Positions 28,191 to 41,808 of a stretch of DNA of 64,000 bases are shown one piece after another. The translations under genes and the position numbers were made by a program. Each line of letters begins with the position of its first letter. Position 1 is the stretch's first letter. Source of the DNA: Felis catus (Eukaryota); assembly GCF_018350175.1 (NCBI RefSeq), contig NC_058373.1:105712001-105776000 (forward strand). Reading direction: 5' to 3'. The notes below the pieces were generated by a model. The model was not told the DNA's origin and ran no database searches. It saw only the letters and a list, made by a program, of their open reading frames with translations.

Positions 28191-29862
28191 AGTGTATTCT
28201 TCCACATCTGCAATTTTAAAACTTGCTTTTTATCAATTTAAAATATACTTCACATCATTCATGCTAAATACAGATCTATGCAATAATTTTAAATGACTGT
28301 TTAATAGGTTAGCATTAGAGTGCTAGCTTTTTTTATCCAGTTCCATAATTTGAACAGATAGTTTCCATTGTGTTTTGCTATTATTGCGGGAACAACTTTT
28401 TGGAGGAATTTTGTACATTGGCACATAAATAAACAGACACGTTTACTCAATTACATCTATAAGATAAATTTCTTGCTCCAGTGTTTTGAGTTCTAGACTC
28501 TAGCCCTCTTTCCACACCAGTATGTAGATCTATTTTATCATTATCTTTATATTGCCTTCTATGCATAGTCCATTTTCTAAAAGCAGTTCCCTACTTATTA
28601 TTATTATGAAAAGTGAAGAAATAAGTATTCTTGTGCCCATACCTAGGTACGTTTCTATGAGTACTCATTCCCTTGTTTAAATAAACTTTAAAAATGAAAT
28701 ATAGACTTGGTATAAAAAAAAAAGTAGAGAAGCATATTAAGTGGAAAATCTAAGCTCCATCCCATCTCCTGTTCAACTCCTTGGAGTTAAGGAGTTCAAC
28801 TCCTGGGGTTAAATCACAGACATTATCTATGCATTTATTTCTTTTATGAATTTCCTCCACATACCCTGTATGCGCTAATGCTGTTTTCAATCACATAGCA
28901 TCCATTCTCTCTTGTTTGCGACAGCACTCTGATTTTGTGGCGTGCCCACTCTTCCCCCAGTAAATCTACTCCAGCTACCCTGGCTTCCCCAATGTTCTTC
29001 ACACACATAAAAATGAACTAATATTCTAGTTTCAGGGCTTTTGCATTTGTCACTGCCACTGCCTGGAAAGCCTACTCCTAGATCCTCACAACTCTCCTCC
29101 TTAATCCTTTAGGTCTTTGCCCAACGTTTATCTTGTCAGTGAGGTATTCCCTAGTTGTGCCATTTAAAATGGCAGTCCCCACCATAGCAACATCTTTCTA
29201 GATAGATCTCCTGATGTCTCTTGGGACTACATCAAAATAAAAAGCTTCTGCACAGAAAAGAAAGCAATCAACAGAACAAAAAGCCAACATTCTGAATGGG
29301 AGAAGGTATTTGCCAATGGCATATCTGTTAAAAGATTGGTATCCAAAATATATAAAGAACTTCTATAACTCAACACCCAAAAAACAAATGGGGAGAAGAC
29401 CTAGACATTTCTCCAAAGAAGACATCCAGATGGCTCACAGACACATGAAAAGATTTTCAACATCAATCATCGTCAGGGAAATACAAATCAAAACCACAAT
29501 GAGATACCACCTCACACCTGTCAGAATGGTTAAAATAAAAGACACAAGAAACAACAAGTGTTGGCAAGGATGTGGAGAAAAGCGAACCCTCTTGCACTGG
29601 TGGTGGGAATGTAAACTGGTGCAGCCCCTGCGGAAGAAGAATGGAGATTAGTCAAAAAATTAAAAATAGAACTACCATATGATCCACTAATTCCACCACT
29701 GGGTATTTACCTAAAGAATATGAAAATACTAATTCAAAAACATATATGCACCCCATGTTTATTGTGTATTACAGCATTATTTATAATAGCCAAATTATGG
29801 AAGCAGCCCATGTTCGTCTGTAGGTGAATGGATAAAGAAGATGTGAGTATATATATGAATAT

Positions 29863-29863
<1 letters not shown>

Positions 29864-29899
<36 letters not shown>
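29864..29899. repeat. (CA)n microsatellite
   Basis: Seen directly. Confidence 0.95.
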
Positions 29900-29901
<2 letters not shown>

Positions 29902-30224
29902 GGAATAATACTCAGCCTTAAAAAGAATGAAATCTCCATTACAACAACATGGATGGATCTAGAGGGTATAATACTAAGTGAAACAAGTCAAAGAAAGACA
30001 AATACTACGTAATTTCACTCAAACATGGAATTTAAGAAACGAAACAATCAAAGAGAAAAAGAAATAAACAACAACAACAACAAAAACCCAGACTCTTACA
30101 TAATAGAGACCAAACGGGTGGCTACCAGAAGGGAAGTGGGTGGGAGGATGGGTAACGTATAGAATTGTTGAATCACTATATTGTATACCTGAAATTAATA
30201 TAACAATGCACATTATACTGGAAT

Positions 30225-31349
30225 CTTATTTTATTTTTTTTTCTTTTTATTTTTTTTTATATGAAATTTATTGACAAATTAGTTTCCATACAACACCCAG
30301 TGCTCATCCCAAAAGGTGCCCTCCTCAATACCCATCACCCACCCTCTCCTCCCTCCCACCCCCCATCAACCCTCAGTTTGTTCTCAGTTTTTAAGAGTCT
30401 CTTATGCTTTGGCTCTCTCCCACTCTAACCTGTTTTTTTTTTTTCCTTCCCCTCCCCCATGGGTTCCTGTTAATTTCTCAGGGTCCACATAAGAGTGAAA
30501 CCATATGGTATCTGTCTTTCTCTGTATGGCTTATTTCACTTAGCATCACACTCTCCAGTTCCATCCACGTTGCTACAAAAGGCCATATTTCATTTTTTCT
30601 CATTGCCACGTAATATTCCATTGTGTATATAAACCACAATTTCTTTATCCATTCATCAGTTGATGGACATTTAGGCTCTTTCCATAATTTGGCTATTGTT
30701 GAGAGTGCTGCTATGAACATTGGGGTACAAGTGGCCCTATGCATCAGTACTCCTGTATCCCTTGGATAAATTCCTAGCAGTGCTATTGCTGGGTCATAGG
30801 GTAGGTCTATTTTTAATTTTCTGAGGAACCTCCACACTGCTTTCCAGAGCGGCTGCACCAATTTGCATTCCCACCAACAGTGCAAGAGGGTTCCCGTTTC
30901 TCCACATCCTCTCCAGCATCTATAGTCTCCTGATTTGTTCATTTTGGCCACTCTGACTGGCGTGAGGTGATACCTGAGTGTGGTTTTGATTTGTATTTCC
31001 CTGATAAGGAGCGACGCTGAACATCTTTTCATGTGCCTGTTGGCCATCCAGATGTCTTCTTTAGAGAAGTGTCTATTCATGTTTTCTGCCCATTTCTTCA
31101 CTGGGTTATTTGTTTTTCGGGTGTGGAGTTTGGTGAGCTCTTTATAGATTTTGGATACTAGCCCTTTGTCCGATATGTCATTTGCGAATATCTTTTCCCA
31201 TTCCGTTGGTTGCCTTTTAGTTTTGTTGGTTGTTTCCTTTGCTGTGCAGAAGCTTTTTATCTTCATAAGGTCCCAGTAATTCACTTTTGCTTTTAATTCC
31301 CTTGCCTTTGGGGATGTGTCGAGTAAGAGATTGCTACGGCTGAGGTCAG
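30225..31349 (-). mobile_element. Young 5'-truncated felid L1
   Basis: Uninterrupted 268-aa ORF2 C-terminus (30478-31284), 3' UTR, A tail; TSD TATACTGGAAT at 30214-30224 and 31350-31360. Confidence 0.95.
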
Positions 31350-33711
31350 TATACTGGAATTTTAAAAGACAAGCAATTTTCTAAAAAAGTGGCGGCCCCC
31401 TGGCCCCTCACTTCCACCACTCCCTTCATGATTCTACTCTCTTCTAGGGCATTCTTCATCATCTCACTTTCTGTGTATCTTACCGATTGATTGATTGATT
31501 TGTTATTTGAACCCTCCCACTAGGATGCAAGTTCCAGGAAGACAAGAATTATTGTCTATTTTGTCCACTGTTATATCCTCAGTGCCAGAAGAGATAATAA
31601 ACAGGTACTCAACTGATATTTATTTAATACATGAATGAATAGTATTGAAGGGCACCCATAAGTTTGGGGCTATTTAGACATTATTTTGAATCTCACCTTA
31701 TTGAGGTCACAATGGCTGTGTGATCTTGGACAAATTTCTTACATTGTCTAAGCTTCAGTTTCTTCATCTGTAAAAACAGCAGAATTAAAATTACTTTATA
31801 TGGTGTTAAAGTGGATCAGAAAGATTCAATCATGATAAGTGTCTAGAACAGCAGAGCTTCCTTTTTTCATCCTCTTCCTCCTTCTTCTTCTGTACTTCTT
31901 CCTCCCCCTCCTCCTCCCTTTCCTCCTCTTCTTTAGGTTACTATTTTGAAGTAAAAAGCATAACATTGATAATTTTCTTCCCTAGAGTTCCAACTTGTTA
32001 TTTAGCGTCTGGGAGCTTCCCTCTGTAGTAAGCTGACCCATCTTACCCTTCAGTGTGTCCCAGCATTACAATGCAGGTGACACTGCCAGTTCAATAGTGA
32101 TCTGCCACTAGGACATTTGAATACAGGGACACCGTGACCTCCTTCTACACAGTTTGGGATAGCCATAAAGGTTGGTCCAAGTTTAAAGTCACTCATGTCC
32201 ACAAAAACCTGGAACAGTTCCAATGTTTCCCTCAGAGTTTGGGAGACACATTCTTGGTTCACACTCAAACAGCTGTCTCATTCCTAGTTCACAACAGCCA
32301 GGAATAAATTAGTGGAAGAAGAATCCCACTTGGTTCTTTGGGGTTCAAGAAAAGGAGAAATGACCCATTCACGTTTCCCAGACTTATTCCCAGAAACTTT
32401 GGGTCAAGACCCCATCCCCAAGTTTGTTCATTACCACATTTCCATTCTCTCAACAAACATTTTTTTTAAAGTAACACTAGAGGGACGTCACCATCAAATG
32501 TGCCATGCCGATTCTTTCTGCAAAGACAATTATTACACCTAGTTATAAAGTCATAAAAGCTATTTATTGAGACGTTATCTTGTGTCAGGCAGTCTGCACA
32601 GAAACTCAAATCCAAAATGATAATGCAAGGGCATGATGAAATCTACATTACAGATGAGAAAATAGATTCAGAGGCATTAGCTATCCAGGGTCACAAACTA
32701 CATAATGACTGAACCAGGAATCAAACCCAATGCTGCCAAACTCCAAAGCCTATGATTTTTGCAATAGTTTATATTGTCTCTGGATATTATAATCTAGAGA
32801 GGAAAATACGAAGTTTGTCAATAATACAAGCTATATGGAAATTATTCAGTTGCATCCAAGAAGCATTTCTGGGTGGGTAAAACCCTATTAGGTATTCAAA
32901 GGGGGTATAACTTGAATAAGGTAAAGTCTATCTACACCTTTTGTGGGGGACGGAGCTTGAATATATGCTATAATTGAGTTAACAGCAGAGAAATTTCTCT
33001 CTACTTAGGATCAGAGAGGTCATCACAGATGATGTCACGTATCCAAGTCTGGAAGACTGAAGAACATTTCAGCATGCAGACAAAGGTAGAAAGAACACAG
33101 GTAAAGCAGAGGCCTGACAGTATTGAGCATGAGTCTGAAGGGACAAGAGTTGAAGTGGTCTGAAGGAGTGAATATAAAGAGGTTCCCAATGGGAGCCACA
33201 TCATTGCCAAGAAAGGGATCTATCCTGGCCTGATAGAACAGGAAGCGTGAGCCGAATGAGGCCACAGCAAAGATGTAGCAGGTGAGGACAGTGTGGGTGT
33301 AGAATGTCTGTGAATCACATTCCTGGGCAAGATCAACGGGAAGGATGTGGTAATAATATGGAGGCGACTGTGTTAGAACTAGCTGTCCCCAAGGCTCTAG
33401 GTGGAACTGTGGAGTGAAAGGCTCATTTAGACCGGCTCAAAATGTCCCTTTTCAGCAATCCAGCCTACAAGTCTGAATCGCAAAACTTTCGATCTAGCGG
33501 TAGGATTACTTTGAAATTGCCTCACTAGAGTGGGGGGCCTGGTCTTGGGTGACAGGGATGGTGGGGAGCAGCCTTGGCTTGGTAGTATGACTGGAGAATA
33601 CACCTCCAAGTGGTACTAATGAAAGGTTTAAAATCTTCCAGGCCAATGTGTTATCCCAAGAGATCAATGAAAGCCCTGGTGCAAAACATGGCTAAAGCAG
33701 ATGCATTCGTT

Positions 33712-34704
33712 TGTTTGTTTTTTTTAATTTTTTTTCAACATTTATTTATTTTTGGGACAGAGAGAGACAGAGCATGAATGGGGGAGGGGCAGAGAGAGAG
33801 GGAGACACAGAATCGGAGGCAGGCTCCAGGCTCTGAGTCATCAGCCCAGAGCCCGACGCGGGGCTCGAACTCATGGACCGAGAGATCGTGACCTGAGCTG
33901 AAGTCGGACGCTCAACCGACTGAGCCACCCAGGTGCCCCGATGCATTCGTTTTTAATGCTCTTCTAAGTAATGGCTCCTGAAAGTATTCTTTTTTTTTAA
34001 TTGCAATACAACTGACATTAACATTGTTGTAGTTTTAGGTCATAATTATTTGATTTCTCCTTCTTCTTAACATTTTACTGAAGCCAGGCAGACCTAAGGA
34101 AAACTCAGAGTAGATTTAACTCAGATATTTTTCTTTTTTTTTTTTAGTCACAGTATTTATTGTTAGTTTAAACATGGAAATAGAAGATCATAAAAGCATA
34201 TTATTATTCTGGTGGAAATGGAAAAGTGAAAGGACTGCTTAGACGAGATCGTACTGATTTATTGTCGTTTTGAATTATTTACATGCAGTATGCTTAAATG
34301 TACTATTTGACATTGGAAATGTATATTAATAACTGACTCTGATATGTTTACTTGTGTAATGTTGCTATTAGGGTACATATCAGATGTTTTAAGCATATGG
34401 GCTTTAAATGTGCTTGTGATTGTCATGTTTTCTTAGAGTTCTGGGTATCACATACAAAATATGTAGTCACATGCTTTCATTAAAAAAAATTTTTTTTGAC
34501 ATTTATTTACTATTGAGAAACAGAGAGAGACAGAGCATGAGCAGGGGAGGGGCAGAGAGAGAGCAGGAGACACAGAATCTGAAGCAGGCTCCAGGCCCTG
34601 AGCTGTCAGCACAGAGCCCAACACAGGCCTCGAACTCACAAACCTCGAGATCATGCCCTGAGCCAAAGCTGGTCGCTTAACCGACTGAGCCACCCAGGCG
34701 CCCC
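33712..34704 (-). mobile_element. Two SINEs (33712-33939, 34485-34704)
   Basis: TSD gatgcattcgttt on the first. Confidence 0.92.
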
Positions 34705-35690
34705 AGGAGCTTTATTTTTAAAACCCCATTGGCAAAGAAAGCCCAGCCGAGTGATGAGGGTCCGTGCTACTGAGGTTTGCCCCATCCATTCTCTAAAGTG
34801 GAAGAGGCAGATTTGAGTGGAGAACACTGCTTCTTCAAAGCTATGAATGCCTGTCTCAAAGCAATGTCCCAGAGGCACGTGAAACACACAGGGACTTCAC
34901 CTTTCTTACTATCAGAATCTGGCCTCATTCAGCTAAGAGTCTCCTTGATCTTGCCGGCAATGATACCGTTCCTTTCTGCTTCATGCTTGCAGAGCTGGAG
35001 GTAAAGGAATCCGGATACAGACTAGATACTCCTGCCACACTGTTGCTGCTACTACAAATACCACCCCGGCTTCAACCACTAGCTAAGATTTCCTATTCGG
35101 TAGACTTCATTCTAAGGGTTTACATGTCTTACCTCGTTTAACCATTGTAACAACCCTATCAAGTAGCTATTATTATCTCCATTTTACAGAGGAAGGTAAC
35201 ACAGCAAGGATACGTAAGTTACTGCTAGTAACTGGTACAGTGTGGATGATCTAACGTAATCCATGTTATCAATTAAAGCATCAACGTTGTACTCTTTTAA
35301 AAACGTTCGCTGGACATACTCCATAGTAAAATGTCCTCTCAGGAAATTGAATAACTGAGTCGTTTGGCGAACTTCGACCCTGCCATATTTCCCTATCTCC
35401 CCAAATAGCACAATTCAGCTTTTTTTTTGTTTTTTGTTTTTTTTTTTTTTTTTAAAGTAAGCAGATTTCTAGTCAAGAACAAAGTGGAGTTATTTTTCTG
35501 TTACCATGACTATTTAGGATTGGTCTCTTTTGTCTAGTTGTTTAAAGGTAGGTTAGTAAAAGGGAGTTCACATTCTGTGCCTGAGAATTTTGTTTTGCTT
35601 TGTTATATTGGGTTTCTTTTGAGAGGACACTACACTTTACATGAAAGTGATTTGAATTCTCTGACCCTCATTCCAGTATAGAAAGAGGAG

Positions 35691-35882
35691 ATAAACACCA
35701 GATTCCAGAAGGCCACACTGTTGCTCACCTATATACTGTACCTTGTGCTTGGGGCGATGATATTTTAAGCCTTGGAGAAAGACTTGGAAGTACAGGAGCA
35801 CCAGCTGGCAGTTAAAACAAAAATTGCGTTTCTGGAAAAGCGTTCTAGTATGACTCAAGAAGATGTGGAACTCTTCGTGCAG
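35691..35882 (+). pseudogene. K2P coding exon 1 (M1 helix and cap) with in-frame TAA
   Basis: LLLTYILYLVLGAMIF*ALE...FLEK...ELFVQ; strong donor CAG|gtaaga at 35882/35883 (phase 0); TAA at 35766-35768. The 5' boundary is inferred from ATA at 35691, with an in-frame TAG upstream at 35679-35681. Confidence 0.88.
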
Positions 35883-36479
35883 GTAAGAGATGAAGACACG
35901 GTTATTTTCAGAGTCATAAGACTGCTACCTATGCAGAGAAGCCATTGGATGTGAGATTCTGTGCAATAACTTCCTTCGTTGAGACTACATAGAGTTTACC
36001 CAAACAGGAAACTACATCTTAGCTGTGGGCCAGACAGGGAAGAGTAGGAATAAGAAATCATGCAGGCTGGAAAGAGGAAAGAAAGCAGCAGATAATAGGA
36101 AGGTGGAAGAAGGTGGAAGTCAGAGAAGGAATCAATTACAACGCAATCACCACATGAGTATAAAAACTAAAAATATTCTGATTGAAACGATCCTTTTCAG
36201 TATTCCAGAGAAAGTGCAGACAGATGTTCCGAAAAGGAGATCAGACTTTGGCAGGAAATACGGCTTAGTTCCCTTCCACTTTTTCCAGAGAGTGTTATGG
36301 TCTAAATTCTGGGCACATTTCCCTTAAATCTTTCCTTATGCTATCTTTTGTGGTAGAGTAAATATAATTTTAATGTAGGCATTCTTATCACTCTTTTTCT
36401 TTACCGTTTGTACAGTTTATGTCTTTCCCAACTTTAATGTCACAAAAACACCTTCTTAAACATTCTTCTAAAAGTCTTA

Positions 36480-38985
36480 AAATTTTGTTTTTTTTTACAT
36501 TTAAATAGTTAATTTCTAATTAAATTATTAACCTGGATTGTGTATGCATGTGTGTGTATGTGTATGTGTAAAGTACGATCTAGTTGAACATATTTTTTCT
36601 CTATAAAGAGTCCATTGTTCCAGAACAATTTATTGATTAATTCATTATTTCTCATTACTTTTCGTGTTACCTCTATCGTATTCTGGGTTCTCATTTGGAC
36701 ATAAATTTGTTTCTGGCTTTTGATTCTATTCCCTCCTATTTAAATTACAATAGCCTTGGGGCGCCTGGGTGGCGCAGTCGGTTAAGCATCCGACTTCAGC
36801 CAGGTCATGATCTCGCGGTCCGTGAGTTCGAGCCCCGCGTCAGGCTCTGGGCTGATGGCTCGGAGCCTGGAGCCTGTTTCCGATTCTGTGTCTCCCTCTC
36901 TCTCTGCCCCTCCCCCGTTCATGCTCTGTCTCTCTCTGTCCCAAAAATAAATTAAAAAAAACGTTGAAAAAAAATTAAAAAAAAAAATTACAATAGCCTT
37001 GCAAAAAGTCCTGGAATAAACTTTCCTATTCTTGGGTTTAAATTTCAAGGTCAGATTGTCAAATTTATGATGGATTCTGCTGGGGTTTTGACTGAAATTT
37101 CTTTGAATTTGGGGAGAACTATTATGTGATGATATTGACTATTCTTAAGGGCAAACTGGAATCACTTAGTATAAAGGAATCATGTAATGCAGTCTTTTAC
37201 GGCTGGCTTCTTCCATTTGGCATGATTTTGTTTCGTTTTATTTTGTTGGGGGGTTGAGTTTGTTTTTTTAGTATAGTTGGCATACAATGTTACATCATTT
37301 CAGGTGTATAACAGTGACTTGAGAAGTTTATACATTATGTTCACCACAAGTAGCTACAGTCTGGATGCATCACTATTACGATATTATTGACTATATTTCT
37401 TATGCTGTGCATTTCATTCCTGTGACTTATTTATTCTGTAACTGTAATCCTGTATCTTCCATGCCTCTTCATCTATTTTCCCAACCTCCCACCCCCTCCC
37501 CTTTGGCAACCATAAGTTTATTCTCTGCGTTCATAGTCTGATTCTATTCTTTATTTGTTCATTTGTTTTTTGTTTTATTATATATTCCGTTTATGAGTAA
37601 AATCATATGGTATTTGTCTTTCTTAATCTAATTTATTTCGCTTGGCATAGTACCCTCTAGATCTGTCCATGTTGTCTCAAATAACACAAGACATCCTTTT
37701 TATGGCTGTGTAGTATTCTATAATGTAGATGATAGATGGATGGATAGATACATACATACATATATACATACATATGTACATACATACCAACCACATCTTC
37801 CTTATCCATTTGTCTATTGGTGGACACAGGTTGCTTCCATATCTTGGCTATTATTAACAATGTTGCAATAAATATAGCGATGTGTATATCTTTTCCAATT
37901 AGTGTTTTTATTTTCTCTGGGTAAACAATAGTGGAATTATTGGATCATATGGGATTTCTAATTTTAATTTTTTGAGGAACCTCCACACTGTTGACATTAG
38001 GCTACATTACTGCATTTATCAGTATGTCTTTTCTTTTTATTGCTGAGTAGTATTCTATTATATATCTATACCAAAATTTGTTAATGCATTCACAGTGATG
38101 AGCCTTGAGTTGTTTTTAGGTTCGTCTATCATAAATGAAGCTGCTACAAATATTTTTTTATGTAAGTATTTGTGAGGAAACATGTTTTTATTTTGTTTTG
38201 GTAAATGCCTAGGGAAGGAATTACTATGGAAATTACTATGTGAAATGAACTATGCGGGTGAGTATGTATGACTCTATAGGAAACTGCCAAACAGAGTGAT
38301 TCTCCAGAGTGGTTATGTCATTTTACACTCCATTCAGCAAAAGTGAAAATTCAATTGCTCTACACCCACCAAAAAAATGATGTTGTAAAGTCTCTTAGCC
38401 CATCTAATGATATCTCAATGTGATTTTAATTTGCACTTCCCTAATGACTATTTATCTTGAGCATTTTCATGAGATTATTGGCCATTTTTATATCATCTCT
38501 TGTGAGTGTCTGTTCAAATCTTTTGCCCTTGTTTTCATTTGTCTTGTTAATGCAGAGTTATAAGTGTTTGGTATACATTTTGGGGAAAAGCACTTTGTCA
38601 GGCATATGAATTGCCAATATTTGCTCCTAGACTGTGGATTGATTTTCATTTTCTTGGTGGTTTCTTTTGAAGAGAATTGTATTTTTTTTTTTTATAAATT
38701 CTAGTCTATAATTTTTTCTCTTAAGGGTTGTGCTTTTTGTGTTCTATTTAAGAAGTTTTCAGCTACACTAAAATCACAAAGATTTCCAGAAGTTTTATAG
38801 TTTGGTTTTTATATGTATCTATACGATACATCTCAAGTTATTTTTGGTGAATTGTGTGAGGTAAGCATCAAGGTTTGGTGGTGGTGTTCTTAATGCGCAC
38901 AACCTGTTGTATCAAAATCACTTGTTGAAAAGACTATCTGTTTTTTCATAGATTGCCATGGCAACTTTGTCCAAAGTCGATTGAC
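36480..38985 (-). mobile_element. Degraded older L1 fragments (several nested)
   Basis: Recognisable antisense L1 3'/ORF2 motifs such as ttttgaggaacctccacactg and cacttgttgaaaagact. Confidence 0.7.
36758..36988 (+). mobile_element. Young SINEC_Fc-type SINE
   Basis: TSD aaattacaatagccttg. Confidence 0.93.
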
Positions 38986-39070
38986 CGGGCTCCCGTAATG
39001 GGTAAGGTAGAGTAAGCACACTGCACGCTTTCTGCCCCCCAGAATGTAACTATAAAATCTAGAAAGAATA

Positions 39071-39275
39071 GAGGCGCCTGGGTGGCGCAGTCGGTTAAGC
39101 GTCCGACTTCAGCCAGGTCACGATCTTGCGGTCCATGAGTTCGAGCCCCGCGTCGGGCTCTGGGCTGATGGCTCAGAGCCTGGAGCCTGTTTCCGATTCT
39201 GTGTCTCCCTCTCTCTCTGCCCCTCGCCCGTTCATGCTCTGTCTCTCTCTGTCCCAAAAATAAATAAATGTTGAA
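39071..39275 (+). mobile_element. Young SINEC_Fc-type SINE
   Basis: TSD aaaatctagaaagaata. Confidence 0.93.
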
Positions 39276-39410
39276 AATCTAGAAAGAATATATAGATCAG
39301 GTATTTGAAGAATCTGAAAAGTAAATAGTAGCAGCAAGATATTGAGGAAGAACACCAGAATTTGAAGCACTGTACTGGCAGAGAATTAACCATTTTCCCC
39401 GCTCTGGTAT

Positions 39411-39427
39411 CCCCCCCCCCCCCCCCC
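39411..39427. repeat. Poly(C) run (17 nt)
   Basis: Seen directly. Confidence 0.9.
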
Positions 39428-40571
39428 GGACTAACCTTAATGCACTCAAAAGTCAGAAGTGAATAGTCAGAGAGCTCTTGGAGACACCCTCTAGTTCTGG
39501 CTCAGGAGCAGGAAGGGAGCTCTTATGGCTCAGAGAACGTGTGGAAATTCTCCCATTTATTCCTTTTCTTCATTGTCTTGCACCCAAGCTGTCAGGCAAT
39601 CCTAGGGTGGTGACAAAAGCAACAGTGGAAGCAACAAGGAAGCCACAAGAGGCAAAGTTCTGAGGGAAATTCTGTTCCCTGAAGTTGTAGTTTCAAGGCC
39701 AGAGCCAAATCCTTCACCTTTTCTTCCTTCTTTCTCTCTGCCCCACTGTCTGGCCCCAGATATGGTGCAATCATGAAAGTAGTAGCTGGTTTCTGGCTAG
39801 AAGACCAACAAGGGGAGCCCCCAGGAATAGGAAAGGGAGATCACAGAGAGGAAGCTGTTTGGGAAAGTGAGCCTATCAAACTGCTGAAGATCTGGACTCA
39901 CCCGGACATGCACATGCCTGGATCTGATCCTAATTTGCACATCAAAGACTTTGAGCACCGAGCTAGTGGGTAGGCCTGAGTCTGGGTCTCAGACTGACCC
40001 CCGAGGGATGGACATGTGGGACAGGTCCAAATGATACTGCAGAAGCCATGGGAGGTGAACACATTCCATAGAATGTGAGTTGGAACTCGCAGCCTGAATC
40101 TAAACAGGTGGATTGCCTGCTAACATGAAAATATCAGCACCCAACATACGATTTAAATTAGCCTCAGAGTCTCATAACATAATATTGAAAATGTAGATGA
40201 TATAATCCAGAAGTACTCAGCATATGAAGAATCACAAAAATCTGGTGATATATCCTCTCAGGTTCTATTTGTCTGAAAAAGTTTTTGTTTTGCCTTTTTT
40301 AAAAAGACATTTTCATTGGATATATAATTCTAGTCCAGCACCTTAAAAGTGTTCCACAGTCTTCTGGTTTGCATTGCTTATGATAGTTTGGATAAAATCT
40401 ACTTCTGTATCTTTAAGTTTATTAATCTTTTCTTCTGAAAATCTCATCTAGTGAAATATTCTTTTTTTTGGATATTGTATTTTTCATTTCTAGAAATTTC
40501 ATTTGGTTACTTCTTACATGTTCCATTTCTCTCCTCATTATGTTAATGATTCCTTACATCTTTGGGCATAT

Positions 40572-40795
40572 TTATTTTTTAAATTTTTTTTTCAACATTT
40601 ATTTATTTTTGGGACAGAGAGAGACAGAGCATGAACGGGGGAGGGGCAGAGAGAGAGGGAGACACAGAATCGGAAACAGGCTCCAGACTCTGAGCCATCA
40701 GCCCAGAGCCCGACGCGGGGCTCGAACTCACGGACCACGAAATCGTGACCTGGCTGAAGTCGGACGCTTAACCGACTGCGCCACCCAGGCGCCCC
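40572..40795 (-). mobile_element. Young SINEC_Fc-type SINE
   Basis: TSD ttgggcatatttat. Confidence 0.93.
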
Positions 40796-41294
40796 ATTGG
40801 GCATATTTATATTAGCCCGTTTAAGTTCCTTGTCTACAAACTCCATCAGTTTAATGGAATTACTATTTATGGGTTGGTTTCTCTTAAGTAGTTTTTCTTT
40901 TGGTAATGGGTTGCATTTTCCTGCTTCTTTGTATGTCCATTGATTTTTAGAAATCAGATGATAGATATTGCAAATTGTTTTGAGATGCTTTGTTTTATTA
41001 TATTCCTTTAAATTCCTTTACGTTCTGTGACAGGCAATTAAGTTACTTACACATTACTTTAATCCTTTCAAGATTTGTCTAAAGGTCCTTTTAGGCTTAA
41101 AGTAGCCCTTTCTCAGGAGCAAATTGTGCTGCACTCCTTAGTCCCTGCCTTTTTGGGTTCTCTACTGAATGCCCTGAACACACAACGAAGCCTTGTTCAC
41201 CCCAGCTGAGAAAACTCAAACAGTTCCTAACCTGGTGTGAACTCCAGGAATATTCCGGTTTACAGGCCACAGTAATTGGTTTTTCCCAATACAT

Positions 41295-41808
41295 TAGTTA
41301 ACTGTTGCTTCAGAACAACATTAACACGAACTTAAAACATATTTATTATCTGTTTCTGGAAGTCGGGAGTCTCAGCACAGTTTAGAGGAGTCCTTTGCAA
41401 GACTACAGTCAAGGTATCAGACAGGGGTGTGGTCTCATCCAATGCTCAACTGGGGACAAACCTGTTTGCAAACTCATGTAGCTTTTAGCTACATATAGTT
41501 CCTTCAGCTGTCAGACCAAGGATCCCAGTTTCACAGTGGCTGTCTGCCAAGGCTATCTCCAGGTCCCTGCCCGTGGCCGTTTACAACAAGGCCAACAAGG
41601 CCAACAAGGTAAAGAGAGACTAGCAGAAGCAACACACAATCTCATTTGATCTTAATCACATAAATGGGATCATGGATGTCTTACCACTTTTGATATATTA
41701 TGTGTCACTAGAAATAAATCATAGGTCCTACCCACTGTCAAAGGGAAGGGATCACTCAGGGCATGAACACTAGACCATGGGGGCCACTTTGAGAGTCTGT
41801 CTGCCATG
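41295..41808. mobile_element. MLT1-type solo LTR relic
   Basis: cttaaaacatatttattatct...gcagtc-like/aaggtatcag...gggcatgaacactag...ggggccactttgagagtctgtctgcca pattern. Confidence 0.65.

Larger units (their letters stand above)
29182..31385 (+). mobile_element. Older carnivore L1 3' fragment, interrupted near its tail by the young L1
   Basis: Degraded ORF2 C-terminus ([28 protein letters not shown]); degenerate TSD aaaatggcagtcccc / aaagtggcggccccc. Confidence 0.88.
28985..31641. mobile_element. L2 relic split by the nested L1s
   Basis: cagggcttttgcatttgtc...tgcctggaa before the L1s; ccactaggatgcaagttccagg...atgaatgaat after them. Confidence 0.6.
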
